The notes: generated by a model not told the origin, from the sequence alone. A stretch of DNA of 64,000 bases from Syntrophales bacterium (GCA_963666365.2 CAXXNF010000002.1:1952001-2016000), one strand, 5' to 3'. Positions 31,322-42,220 are shown, numbered from the stretch's first letter. Numbers and translations are program-made.

Positions 31322-31978
31322 TTACCTGCTTACCGTTACACCTACCCGTTCACAATATTTGAAGACCGGACAGAGGCTGCAAAAGGGCGACACAGGTCGG
31401 CAGACAGTTTTGCCGAAGGCAATCATCACGGAGTTGAATTCGATCCAGTGCTCCCGGGGAAGCCTTTCTCTCAGAGCAAATTCCGTTTTTTCAGGATCAG
31501 CGGTTCTGACATATCCAAGCCTGTTTGAAACCCGATGCACATGGGTATCGACACAGATGGCTGGAATACCGTATCCCAGAGAAACCACCAGATTCGCCGT
31601 CTTTCTCCCCACCCCCTTGATACTGACAAGGGTATCGATGGAATCGGGGACTTTCGAATCGAAGCGGTCGATCAACTCGTGACAGACATGGAGAATCGTT
31701 CTGGCTTTGTTGCGGTAAAAACCGACAGGGTAAATCGCCCCGGCGATATGGGATTCGGAAAGACGTACCATTTCACCCGGGGTCGATGCCAAGGCGAACA
31801 ATCGCTGATCGGCCTCTCTGGTCACCTCATCTTTTGTGCGCAAACTGAGAAGTGTAGAAATGAGAATGCGGAAGGGGTCGTATCGCTTTTCAGAGAGATC
31901 TGCTACAATAGGCAGGTCTTCTTGTATGACGGCCTCTTTGATGAGCCCGATAACTGCTACGATGTTCTGCTCCTGCAT
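31322..31978 (-). CDS. nth: Endonuclease III
   Basis: GVGRKTANLV, VDTHVHR and the CRPVSPFCSLCPVFKYC Fe-S motif. Start may be 32014. Confidence 0.9.
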   Translation of the reverse strand: MQEQNIVAVIGLIKEAVIQEDLPIVADLSEKRYDPFRILISTLLSLRTKDEVTREADQRLFALASTPGEMVRLSESHIAGAIYPVGFYRNKARTILHVCHELIDRFDSKVPDSIDTLVSIKGVGRKTANLVVSLGYGIPAICVDTHVHRVSNRLGYVRTADPEKTEFALRERLPREHWIEFNSVMIAFGKTVCRPVSPFCSLCPVFKYCERVGVTVSR

Positions 31979-31997
31979 GGGCTCTACACAAAGAACG

Positions 31998-32864
31998 CTA
32001 TTCGTATCCTTCATCGTTTGCTAGGATGTCGAGATGCAGTGTGGCGATATCCTCCACATCGAGATTGGGATGTTCTTTCGTTTCTCTAAAGTCCACCGTT
32101 TTTATGTACCGGTTGCACACATTACACACATCGACACGGTACTTTTCCTCATCCTCCACCGTAAAATAGGCGAGGGATTGCTGGTCCTCATTGGCACAGA
32201 AGGGGCATTTAAGGCGGGAAAACCGCCATTCGAAACCGCACTGGCTGCAAAAGAGATATTTCTCTCCAGCTTCGTCACGAAGCTCGGCAATTTTGGGTTC
32301 CCTGCCGCAGATCGGGCAATACCCTTCGGACCAATTCAATTGTGCAATCAGACCTTCATATTTTTCCGCCAGAATTTCGAGAGAAGGCCTCAGGCTTTCT
32401 TCGACAAGAAATCCAAGAAGATCGAAAAGGGCGTCGTCCTCTTCTTCTTCGCCGGCATCTTCTTCCGCCTCGCTATTGAACGATTCACGGACCATCTTCA
32501 GGAAATCAAGCCGTCCCTCCTCAAGATCGCTCATGATCTCATCGGCTTCACCAAGCTCGCGCGCCTCGGCGATTTCAAGAAGGGCAACAAAGTAGTTCTG
32601 TGCTTCCCTCAGATCAATATTTCCGTTAAAAAAATCGACAATCGGCATGCCGCCTTTTATCTTCTTATCGATCAATGCATCATCGACCCTATAAATATCG
32701 TGCTCGACTTTTCTTCTAAATTCTTCACGCAGAATCAATATCTCGCCCAGAATATCCAGCAACTCTTCGTAATGGGGATTCACATGCTTATAACGCTCTA
32801 TTGTTTTAAGCGTTTCATTGAGCTTTGTTCCCACCAATCTACCCCCTTCATTATCCTTTTTCAT
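31998..32864 (-). CDS. fdhE: Formate dehydrogenase accessory protein
   Basis: CPICG, CSQC..EW, CPFC, CNVC..YIK and DIATLHLD. Confidence 0.9.
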   Translation of the reverse strand: MKKDNEGGRLVGTKLNETLKTIERYKHVNPHYEELLDILGEILILREEFRRKVEHDIYRVDDALIDKKIKGGMPIVDFFNGNIDLREAQNYFVALLEIAEARELGEADEIMSDLEEGRLDFLKMVRESFNSEAEEDAGEEEEDDALFDLLGFLVEESLRPSLEILAEKYEGLIAQLNWSEGYCPICGREPKIAELRDEAGEKYLFCSQCGFEWRFSRLKCPFCANEDQQSLAYFTVEDEEKYRVDVCNVCNRYIKTVDFRETKEHPNLDVEDIATLHLDILANDEGYE

Positions 32865-32984
32865 ATCGGGAGACCTCTATATATCCTTTTCCATTCAAGT
32901 TCAAGTAAATCTTTTTTACCCTTCAAGGTGAGACTATGCCGCCGGGATTTCAGATTTGACAGTGACTTTGCCGCTCACCATAAC

Positions 32985-33015
32985 AAAAGGACCTGCCCGT
33001 CCGCGGGCAGGTCCT
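32985..33015 (-). terminator. Rho-independent terminator after fdnI
   Basis: 12-bp stem AGGACCTGCCCG/CGGGCAGGTCCT, followed by a short T run on the minus strand. Confidence 0.7.
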
Positions 33016-33037
33016 CTCTCACTGCTATATACTGCTT

Positions 33038-33706
33038 CTAGTGCTCGGCTTGCGTTTTTTCTTCACCGTACACTTCCAGTTTGCCCGACTCTTCCATTTC
33101 TTCAAGCCAGAGTGGACACTGTTTCTTCGCCCAGGCCCTGGTTACATACCCGGTAAAAATGGCCTGCGCCGATCCGGGAACACCAATGGTCCCCAAATAG
33201 AGGTGGACAAAGAAGAATGGAAATATCACCAAAAATCCCAGCGCGTGCAGGGGATACATCCAGCTTACCAGGGTTCGTGAAAAACCTAGGGGGAACCACA
33301 TGATAAGCCCGCTGATGATCATGAGGACGCCAAACAGTGCCACTGCAATGAAAAACGCCTTCTGGCCGGGGTTATATTTCCCTGTTTTGGGCACTTCGTC
33401 AACATGCCAGAGATAACCGCCCGCCACCATAATCCACTGAAGATCTTCAGGAAACTTGAAGATCGCCGCTTCTTTCCACCAGATCAGAATGGCGAAAAAA
33501 AGTGAGGGAATAAAAAGAATTCCCACGAAATTGTGGACCAGTTTCAAGTTTTTCAATCCACCAAAGGGAATTCCGATGAAATTGAACGAATGAAACATCA
33601 TTCCCAACCCCGTGATTATCAGGATCAGACACGATATGGCCAGACACCAGTGTACGATCCTTTCAAAGGAGTCGCTTACCTTTATCATTCCTTTTTTGGG
33701 AATCAT
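33038..33706 (-). CDS. fdnI: Formate dehydrogenase cytochrome b (gamma) subunit
   Basis: ERIVHW, GKYNPGQK, LHALG and VHLYL; GGAGG RBS before the ATG at 33706. Confidence 0.9.
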   Translation of the reverse strand: MIPKKGMIKVSDSFERIVHWCLAISCLILIITGLGMMFHSFNFIGIPFGGLKNLKLVHNFVGILFIPSLFFAILIWWKEAAIFKFPEDLQWIMVAGGYLWHVDEVPKTGKYNPGQKAFFIAVALFGVLMIISGLIMWFPLGFSRTLVSWMYPLHALGFLVIFPFFFVHLYLGTIGVPGSAQAIFTGYVTRAWAKKQCPLWLEEMEESGKLEVYGEEKTQAEH

Positions 33707-33707
33707 G

Positions 33708-34502
33708 TTATTCACCTCCTCCCTGACCCGCCTGGTCGTTGCCGCTCGTATCCTTCGGTCCATGGATGATGTAATGCAGGAATGAACCGGCCAGTACACC
33801 GCCCGCCGCAATCAGACTGAGTGGTTTGAGCCAATCTTTCCAGGCAATGACGGAAACGGGCACCCTCGGTTTTTCCGGCAGCTTGTCATAGACCGACGCC
33901 TTTTCCGGAAGCACGAATATCATATGAGTGCCGCCGACAAACTGGTCGCCGTAGACGGAAGCGTCGCCGCCCAGCTCCTTAGCGCGCGCATGAGCCAGTT
34001 GTATCATCTCGTCCTTGTCGCCGAATTGAAGCGCTCCCGTGGGACAGGCCTTTACACAGGCAGGTTCCAGGTTATTGTCGATCCGGGAATAGCAGAGATC
34101 GCATTTGGCAATCTTGTCCGTCTCTGGATCATACCGGGGGACATCAAAGGGACAGGCGAATATGCACTCCTTACAGCCGATACATTTACTGCGATCGAGC
34201 GCCACAGTGCCGTACTTTGTATGATGAAGCGCGCCGCTGGGGCAGACTTTCACACAGGCCGCATCGGTACAGTGCATGCACGCATCTTTTCTGAACAGCC
34301 ATTTCACAGCGCCATTTCCATCGGAAACCTCCTGGAATCTGATGAGCATCCAGGTCGTAGGCTGAAGGTCGGGGGGGTTCTGGTACGATCCCCTGTTGAT
34401 CGTTTGTTTCGCCGGAAGCTGGTTCCACTGTTTACACGCCAGTTGGCAACCTCTGCACCCGGTGCACTTCGAAAGATCGTAGAGCTTAACTTTTTCAGAC
34501 AT
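33708..34502 (-). CDS. fdnH: Formate dehydrogenase Fe-S (beta) subunit
   Basis: CTGCRGCQLAC, CMHC...CP, CIGCKEC...CP and KCDLC; C-terminal TM helix. Confidence 0.92.
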   Translation of the reverse strand: MSEKVKLYDLSKCTGCRGCQLACKQWNQLPAKQTINRGSYQNPPDLQPTTWMLIRFQEVSDGNGAVKWLFRKDACMHCTDAACVKVCPSGALHHTKYGTVALDRSKCIGCKECIFACPFDVPRYDPETDKIAKCDLCYSRIDNNLEPACVKACPTGALQFGDKDEMIQLAHARAKELGGDASVYGDQFVGGTHMIFVLPEKASVYDKLPEKPRVPVSVIAWKDWLKPLSLIAAGGVLAGSFLHYIIHGPKDTSGNDQAGQGGGE

Positions 34503-34505
34503 CGT

Positions 34506-37500
34506 TTAGACCCCCTTCCTTTCAACATTGACCATGAATGATTTGCTCTCCGGAATCATGGTGTTGGGATCACCGATGAAGGGTGTTAGCAGGTTCGCCG
34601 AGTCACCGGTAGTGAACACCTCGGGCACCTTGTCTCCGTGGACAAACTTTCTCATGGCCGTGGTCACCCAGCCGAAATGCCAGGGGATACCGACCTGGTG
34701 CACTGTCTGCCCTGCAATGTCGAAGGGTTTGAAGCGTTCCGTCACAATGGCGACACAGTCCACTTCTCCACGGGCCGATTTGACCATCACATGCTCGCCG
34801 TTCCTAATGCCCCTGAGCTTTGCCAGCTCGACGCTCATTTCCACAAACATCTCGGGCTGCATTTCTGCAAGCCAGGGAGTCCACCGTGTCATAACGCCGG
34901 TCTGCCAATGCTCGCTCACGCGATAGGTGGAACAGACAAAGGGGTACCGCGGGTCGCAGGTCGCTCTCTTGTCGAGTTCGGTTCCCTCAACATCAAATCG
35001 GAACGATGTGGGATTGATGTACTGCGGCGACATCAGATTTTTTTCGATGGGACACTCAAGGGGCTCGTAATGCTCCGGGAAGGGCCCGTCTTTGAGGCCG
35101 GGGCCGAAGATGCTCCCCACCCCGTGAGGTTTCATTATGAAGGGCGGTCTGCCGGAACCGGGCGCCGCAACGCCGTCGGGCACATCGCCGACCCATTTGC
35201 TCCCGTTCCATAGGATAACGGGATGCTTTTTGTCCCAGGGTTCTCCCGTTTCGGGATCGACCGAGGCGCCGTTGTAAATGATCCGACGATTGACGGGCCA
35301 GCACCAGGCCCACTCGGGGTAGAGGCCGATTCCCGATTCGTCCTTTTTCCCTCTTCGGGCCGCCATATTGCCCTTCTCAGTATAGGAATTGCAATAAAGC
35401 CAGTTGCCCGACGAAGTGGAGCCATCGTCCTGCAGGAAGGCAAAGCTGGGAACCAGTGTACCCTTCTTGTAGAGCTTACCCTTGATCTCCTTGTCTTCCA
35501 GAAAGTATCCGTTGATCTCCCTGGCGATATAGTGCACGTCAAGGTGGCGCACCTTGCCATCGGCGCCCTTGGGACCATAGTCCCAGGTCATACTGGTGAT
35601 GGCCTCTGCGAGGGGACCACCCTCTTTTTCATAAAGTTCCCTCACTTTGTAATAAAGCTCGGAGATAATCTCCCCGTCAGGCAGGGCATCTCCAGGCGGC
35701 TCTACCGCCTTGTAGCGCCACTGCATCCAACGGCCGCTATTGGTGATGCTTCCCTCTTTTTCAATCGATGCGGCGCAGGGAAGACTGAAAACCTCTGTCT
35801 TGATCTTTGTCGGATCCATCCCGGGGCCTCTCCAGAAATTCCCCGTTTCCGTATCGAAGATATTGACGTTCACCATCCAGTCGAGCTTCGTCAGCGCCTG
35901 GCGGGTCTTGTTCGAGCTTGCGCCGCTGCAGGCGGGGTTCTGGCCCCAGGAAAAGAAGCCCGTAAACTTTTCCTTGTACATCTCGTCAAAGATGTTGAGC
36001 CATGAATAGGTCTTGCCGTCGTCAAGCTTCGGCAAATATTCATAAGCCTCTTCCAAAGAAACATTCATGCCGTAATGAGCCCTCAGGAGACTTGCCACAT
36101 ATTTCGGCTTGTTGCTCCACCAGTTAAGGCTCTTGGGCTCCTTCGTTTTTGGCGTATTCTTTTCGTTGTAGGCTGCAAGGGTCGGAAGCGACGCGGTCGG
36201 CGTCTGCAAGTATCCCGGCAGGATATGAAACAGCAGACACTGGTCCGTCGATCCCTGCACGTTCGACTCGCCCCGAAGCGCGTTGACGCCGCCGCCCGCA
36301 ACCCCCATGTTTCCAAGGAGAAGCTGAATGATGGACATGGTGCGGATGTTCTGCACACCCACCGTATGCTGGGTCCATCCCATGGCGTACATGATGGTCC
36401 CCGCCTTGCCGACTTCGCCCGTCTTTGTATAGGCCTTGTACACTGCGAGAAGCTTGTCTTTGGGGGTGCCCGTAATCTTCGAAACCAGGTCGATTTCATA
36501 TCTCGAATAGTGCTTTTTCAAAAGCTGAAACACGCAATTGGGATCCGAAAGCGTCATGTCTTTTTTGACGACGCCGTCGGCATCCGTCTGGAATGACCAG
36601 GTCGATTTGTCGTACTTGCTGTCCACAAGCCCGGAGAACACTCCCTCATTCTCACCGGGCATTTTGAACTCCGGGTTTACCAGGAAGGACGCATTGGTGT
36701 AATACTTCACATACTTTTCCTGAATCAGTTTATTATCCAGGATGTACTTAATCATGCCGCCGAGAAAGGCAATATCACTGCCCGATCTCAACGGGGCGTA
36801 AATATGCGCCTTCGAAGAGGTCTGCGTAAATCTTGGATCGACGTTGATCAGGGTTGCGCCTTTTTCTATTGCTTTGGTTACGTACTTAAATGAAATGGGA
36901 TGATTGGCCGCTGCATTACTTCCCATAATTAATATACAGTCACTGTGTTGGATATCGATCCAGTGATTGGTCATCGCACCGCGTCCGAACGACTCTGCCA
37001 GAGCCGCAACAGTAGCGGAGTGTCAGATACGGGCCTGGTGTTCAATATAGACCAGACCCAACCCCCTCAAGAATTTTTGATAGATGAAACACTCTTCGTT
37101 ATCCATGGCAGCGCTTCCGACGGATGCGATCCCGTTGGTCCTGTTCACCACCTGGCCTTTTTTATTTGTGATGGTAAAACTTTCGTCCCTGCTCTTTTTA
37201 ATGTTCTTTGCAATCTTATCAAGAGCCCACTCCCAGGAAACTGCCTTCCATTCGGATGCATAAGGCGCTCGATAAAGCACTTTATCCATTCTGTTTTCGT
37301 TTACCGAAAGCTGATAAATCGAACCTCCCTTACTGCACAGCGATCCTCTGTTTACGGGGTGATCAGGATCCCCTTCCGTATTGATCACCTTCCCATTACG
37401 GGCGGACACGATAATACTGCATCCCACGGCACAGTATGGACAGATCGTTGTGGTCTCTTTAGCATACTTGATCTTCAAGGGCTCCGCATAGGCGGACACC

Positions 37501-37580
37501 GGCTTCAGATTGACACCGATACCACTTGCCATCAACGCAGCGCCCGAGATCTTCAAGAAACCTCGTCTGCTAACATCCAT
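34506..37580 (-). CDS. fdnG: Formate dehydrogenase-N alpha subunit, selenocysteine-containing (UGA at 37023-37025)
   Basis: Two track ORFs join in-frame through EHQARI-U-HSATVAALAESFGRGAMTNHW. Tat signal SRRGFLK and CPYCAVGC are present. Confidence 0.95.
36989..37007 (-). promoter_or_regulatory. Bacterial SECIS hairpin of fdnG
   Basis: mRNA GCGGCUC-UGGCA-GAGUCGU, with the apical loop about 22 nt 3' of the UGA and G in the loop. Confidence 0.8.
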
Positions 37581-37837
37581 GCTCAACGCTCCTTTCTTTA
37601 TTTAATATCGCACCTTTTCACGCTCTTAGCCTTTCCAAGCACAGGAGGCATAACCGCTTCCAACTTGCTTACCCTCCACCAAATACTCATTAGAAGCAGT
37701 GAATGGAAGAGCATTTATCACCTGAAGCAATGACCTCAGGATATCACTGACCGTTGGTCATAAGATTATTTCCAATAGCAACGGCAACTGTCAAAGTCAA
37801 GTCATTTTTCCATATTTCTCTAATAAATACCCTTTGT

Positions 37838-37855
37838 TATGCCAATTATGACATA
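37838..37855. promoter_or_regulatory. Palindromic operator-like site (ModE-box-like) between fdnG and the modE-like gene
   Basis: TATGCCA-ATTA-TGACATA; a similar site lies at 38513-38530. Confidence 0.45.
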
Positions 37856-38023
37856 TGGTTTTCCCGCAGCAGACCGCTTTTTCACATATTCACCTCCGAA
37901 AAAGGTTCGTGACCTTATAAGATCAGTATTTTTGATGCATTTCTTGCATGATTTTTTTAATCATGTTACAAGTTAATCGTTTTGGACAGTTGGTACGACG
38001 GAAAAGAAAGGGGGAACGGAACC

Positions 38024-38365
38024 ATAGAGATCAAGTATAAAATATGGCTGGAGAAAGACGGCCGCGTGCTCTTCGGTCACGGCCGGGAAGAGTTGTTGCG
38101 CGCCATCGATGAATGCAACAGCCTCAGTGCGGCGGCAAAAAAGCTCAATATGTCCTACCGGGCCGCATGGGGCAGGCTCAAGGCTTCAGAAGAACGGCTT
38201 GGCATAGAACTGGTGGACCGTTCTCAGGGAAAGAGCATGCACCTTACCCCGGTCGCACGGGAATTGCTCAATCAGTTCGACGAGTTAGAAAAAGATACGG
38301 CGCACATGCTGCACAAGGCGTATCAAAAGCTTTCCCATATCATCGATTCCCCTTCCGGAAAATAA
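38024..38365 (+). CDS. ModE-type winged-helix regulator (DNA-binding domain only)
   Basis: KIWLE..G..LFGHGR..LL.AI and SLSAAAKKLNMSYRAAW; no TOBE/Mop domain. Apparent start is ATA at 38024; the alternative is TTG at 37982. Confidence 0.85.
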   Translation: MEIKYKIWLEKDGRVLFGHGREELLRAIDECNSLSAAAKKLNMSYRAAWGRLKASEERLGIELVDRSQGKSMHLTPVARELLNQFDELEKDTAHMLHKAYQKLSHIIDSPSGK

Positions 38366-38489
38366 CCACATTCCCTGGGTATATCGGGAAAAGGTTTATA
38401 CACGCACATCAGATCAGAGAGGCGGATCATCGCATCGAGCAGGGCATTTTTACCTACCTTGCCTGTTTAGAAATCAGCACACTTTTTTA

Positions 38490-38533
38490 TTGACAACCGG
38501 CCGCCAATGACATATGTCATTTCTGACATGTCA
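38490..38533 (+). promoter_or_regulatory. Hydrogenase promoter region with TTGACA and overlapping TGACA/TGTCA palindromes
   Basis: TTGACA at 38490, AATGACATATGTCATT at 38506-38521, TGACATGTCA at 38524-38533. Confidence 0.5.
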
Positions 38534-38652
38534 CTTGTAGCATGGGTTGTTCCATGGGTTCACTCAGAGAACGCATCGCTTTTTCAGAGACACAATCACG
38601 ATAACAGGGCGCCTTATAATGTGAGGAAAGGGTAGTCATCCAGGGAGGTCGC

Positions 38653-39822
38653 ATGGCACAGGGATCAGACTATACAAGAACGGTAAAAAAATAGTACCAG
38701 GGATTGTTAACGCACTGTGAGACACAGATGAAACGGATCGACCGGGAATTGCCGGCGCCGAGGACCGATTTCAAGGAGGCACTTTCGGATAACGGTATCA
38801 GCAGAAGAAGCTTTCTGAAATGGACGTCGCTCATGACTGCGGCGCTCATGCTGCCGCCGGTGTTCAGACCTGCCGTCGCAAGGGCCGCCGAAAATTTCAG
38901 CCGCCTTCCCATAGTGTGGCTCCATTTTGCCGAGTGCACCGGGTGCAGCGAGGCATTTCTCCGCTCATCCTACCCAAATGTGGATGACATTCTGCTGGAT
39001 ACAATTTCGCTTGAATACCATGAAACCCTTATGGCCGCTGCAGGACATCAGGCTGAGCAAAATCTGGAAAAAGCGTTGCATGATTTTACAGGAAAATTTA
39101 TCTGCGTCATCGAAGGAGCGCTGCCGACCGGTCTCAACGGCAATTATCTCACGCTGGGACCGAAGGGAAAGACGGGAATAGAGATGGCCAAAGAGGTCAC
39201 CGCCCGGGCCGCGGCCACCATCTGCATAGGAAGCTGCTCCGCCTTCGGTAATGTACAGGCAGCACGACCTAATCCCACCGATGCAGCGGGAATCAGCGCA
39301 GTCCTGGAAATCAGAACGGTCAATATCGCCGGCTGCCCGCCTAATCCCATCAATTTTACGGGAACATTGCTCCACTATCTCATGTTCGGAAGCATGCCCG
39401 CCCTTGATTCACTGGGAAGACCGGTCTGGGCATACGGCAAAAGGATTCATGACTATTGCGAACGCCGGCCCCATTATGATGCGGGTGAATTTGTCGAGCA
39501 ATGGGGCGATGAGGGCGCCAAAAAGGGCTGGTGCCTTTATAAAATGGGCTGCAAAGGACCATACACCTTTGCAAACTGCGGCAAAATCCGCTTTAACAAC
39601 GGCGTATCCTGGCCGATTATGGCGGGACATGGCTGCATGGGCTGTACCGAACCCGGGTTCTGGGACACCATGGCGCCCTTGGAAAAACCGATTTCGGAAC
39701 AGCCACTCGGCGGTGGAGAGCACACAGTCGATCGTATCGGAATGGCCCTGGCAGGGGTTGCCGTAGCAGGCGCTGCAGCCCATGGGGTGCTGACCGCAGT
39801 CAGACACAGAGATACAGAATAG
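38653..39822 (+). pseudogene. hydA: [NiFe]-hydrogenase small subunit with an in-frame TAG at codon 14 (38692-38694); may still be translated from a downstream start
   Basis: AGGGAGGT RBS before ATG 38653, Tat SRRSFLK, WLHFAECTGCSE, GCPPNP, CLYKMGCKGP and a C-terminal TM. Confidence 0.8.
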
Positions 39823-39853
39823 CTCGGCATAAGTCTTCGGGAGGAAACACAGT

Positions 39854-41527
39854 ATGGCTGAAAGAATTATTGTAGATCCGATCACACGAATAGAAGGGCA
39901 TTTGCGTATAGAAGTCGAAGTCGACAGCAATAATGTTATCAGCGATGCCTGGAGCAGTATCATGCTCTGGAGGGGCATTGAAACTATCCCCAAGGGAAGA
40001 GATCCCCGTGACACCGGCCTTATGGTCCAGCGATTCTGCGGCGTCTGCACGTACTCCCATTATGAAGCAAGCATAATGACCTGCGAAGACGCCTTCGGGA
40101 TCAAACCGCCGTCCAACGCCCGTCTCGTGAGAAATCTTATTAAAGGCGCCCAATATATCAATGATCACATCATGCATTTTTATCATCTCCACGGTCTCGA
40201 CTGGGTCGATATCGTAAGCGCGCTCTCGGCGGATTCTCGAAAGGCCGTAGATCTCGCAATGGCATACCACGACAATCCCTACAATTGTTCCGCAACCCAT
40301 TACCATGCGGTACAGAAACAACTGACAAAATTCGTTGAATCGGGACGCCTGGGACCATTCGCAAACGCCTACTGGGGGAATCCTTCCTACAAGCTTTCCC
40401 CCGAGGCGAATCTGGTCATTACATCTCACTATCTCGATGCGCTCGCCATATCGAAAACGGCCGCGCAGATGATGGCCATCTTCGGCGGCAAAAACCCCCA
40501 CCCTCAAAGCCTCGTCGTAGGGGGCATCACCTCGGTCATGGACGCCCTTGATGCGAGTCGACTGGGTGAATATCTTTTCCGTCTCAAAGAAATGAAAAAC
40601 TTCATTGATACGGCGTATATTCCCGATGTTCTTATCGCCGCAGCTGCATATAAAGACGAAGGTCTCGCGGGAATCGGCGCGGGAGTGCCCAACTACCTCT
40701 GCTACGGCGGGTTCCCTCTGGACGACAATTGGCATCACACACTGCTTCCGCGAGGGGTGGTCAAGGGAAGAGATATCGCCAATCCGCTCACGCTTGACGA
40801 AGCAAAGATCAAAGAAGAGGTCGACCATTCATGGTACGAAGGCAACGACAGCCTTCACCCCTATGAAGGGAAAACGGAACCCAACTATACCGGCTTTGAC
40901 AAAAACGGATTTGTAAAGGACGACGAAAAATACACCTGGTGCAAGGCCCCCCGTTATGACGGGGAACCCTTCGAGGTGGGACCGCTGGCCCGTTTCATCG
41001 TCGGTTATGCACAAGGGCACAAAGAAATCAAGCATCTCGTCGATTCGACACTGAAGACCACCGGTCTGCCCGTGACAGTACTTTTCTCCACGCTGGGGCG
41101 CACAGCGGCGCGGGCACTGGAGACAGTCCTGGTAGCGAATCATGTCGAAGGCTGGATCGATGAGCTGGTCGCCAATATCAAGGGCGGCGACACCCGCACA
41201 TGGACTCCCTGCGATGTTCCGTACAAGGGAGAAGGCAGAGGCATGAACGAAGTTCCCCGCGGTGCACTCGGCCACTGGATCAGGATCGAAGACAAAGTCA
41301 TTGCCAACTATCAGGCTGTCGTCCCCTCAACCTGGAACTGTTCCCCCAGAGATAAGGGAGGAAAGCGCGGTCCCTACGAAGAATCATTAATCGGAACGCG
41401 CCTGGCCAACGTGGATCAGCCTCTGGAAATCCTCGGGACGATTCACTCCTTCGATCCCTGCATGGCCTGCGCCGTGCATATTATCAACCCGGCTGCGAAC
41501 ACCATGAAAGAGTTCAAGGTCGCCTGA
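39854..41527 (+). CDS. hydB: [NiFe]-hydrogenase large subunit (group 1)
   Basis: DPITRIEGH, L1 motif QRFCGVC and L2 motif SFDPCMACAVH (Cys, not Sec). Confidence 0.95.
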   Translation: MAERIIVDPITRIEGHLRIEVEVDSNNVISDAWSSIMLWRGIETIPKGRDPRDTGLMVQRFCGVCTYSHYEASIMTCEDAFGIKPPSNARLVRNLIKGAQYINDHIMHFYHLHGLDWVDIVSALSADSRKAVDLAMAYHDNPYNCSATHYHAVQKQLTKFVESGRLGPFANAYWGNPSYKLSPEANLVITSHYLDALAISKTAAQMMAIFGGKNPHPQSLVVGGITSVMDALDASRLGEYLFRLKEMKNFIDTAYIPDVLIAAAAYKDEGLAGIGAGVPNYLCYGGFPLDDNWHHTLLPRGVVKGRDIANPLTLDEAKIKEEVDHSWYEGNDSLHPYEGKTEPNYTGFDKNGFVKDDEKYTWCKAPRYDGEPFEVGPLARFIVGYAQGHKEIKHLVDSTLKTTGLPVTVLFSTLGRTAARALETVLVANHVEGWIDELVANIKGGDTRTWTPCDVPYKGEGRGMNEVPRGALGHWIRIEDKVIANYQAVVPSTWNCSPRDKGGKRGPYEESLIGTRLANVDQPLEILGTIHSFDPCMACAVHIINPAANTMKEFKVA

Positions 41528-41544
41528 TGATAAAGGAGGAGTCC

Positions 41545-42213
41545 ATGGAAGCAGTCCTACCGAAAAAAGAATGGTCCGTGGCCATACGTATCAATCACTG
41601 GCTCATGGTGCTGTCGATTTTTATTCTCATCGTGACGGGGTTCTATATTGCCAGTCCCTTCACCATATACAAGGGAGAAACGGTAGAGAAATTCTTCATG
41701 GGAGATGTGCGCTTTTACCACATTCTCTTTGGGTTCATTCTTACGTTTATCTTTCTCTGGCGGATCTATCTGGCCTTTTTTTCCAGTTTTCACGCGGACT
41801 GGAAGGACTTTTTCGCCTGGACGCGAGGGGAAAACACGATAAAGCAGCTTAAATTCTACCTCCTTATTTCAAAGGAACCGCCTGCCCATACCTATCTCTA
41901 CGGACCGCTGCAATCTGTCGCTTACGCCGGATTGTTGATCATGCTTTTTCTGATTGTCCTGACCGGTCTCATTCTGATGGGGACGGGGTTCCACGGAGGC
42001 TTGACGGCCTTTGTATACAGCGTTTTGAAACCCATTGAAAATTTAATGGGCGGTGTGGCCGTCATTCGGTGGATCCATCACCTTCTCACGTGGCTATTCA
42101 TTCTGTTTATTATTGTGCATATATATATGGCCTTCTGGTATAACGCCGTCTTCAAGGAAGGAACCGTCTCATCAATGATAAGCGGAAGGGTATTCAGAAA
42201 AGCGCACGATTGA
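41545..42213 (+). CDS. hydC: Ni/Fe-hydrogenase b-type cytochrome
   Basis: RINHW, RFYH, YGPLQ, RWIHH and VHIYM. Confidence 0.92.
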   Translation: MEAVLPKKEWSVAIRINHWLMVLSIFILIVTGFYIASPFTIYKGETVEKFFMGDVRFYHILFGFILTFIFLWRIYLAFFSSFHADWKDFFAWTRGENTIKQLKFYLLISKEPPAHTYLYGPLQSVAYAGLLIMLFLIVLTGLILMGTGFHGGLTAFVYSVLKPIENLMGGVAVIRWIHHLLTWLFILFIIVHIYMAFWYNAVFKEGTVSSMISGRVFRKAHD

Positions 42214-42220
42214 ATCGAAT

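Noticed and set aside
38692..38694. Pyrrolysine readthrough of the hydA amber codon
   Set aside because: No pyl genes in the window, TAG is a normal stop for several genes here, the site lies in the pre-Tat leader, and neighbouring genes carry other lesions
41450..41480. [NiFeSe] hydrogenase
   Set aside because: The L2 motif is DPCMAC with a TGC codon, so Cys and not Sec
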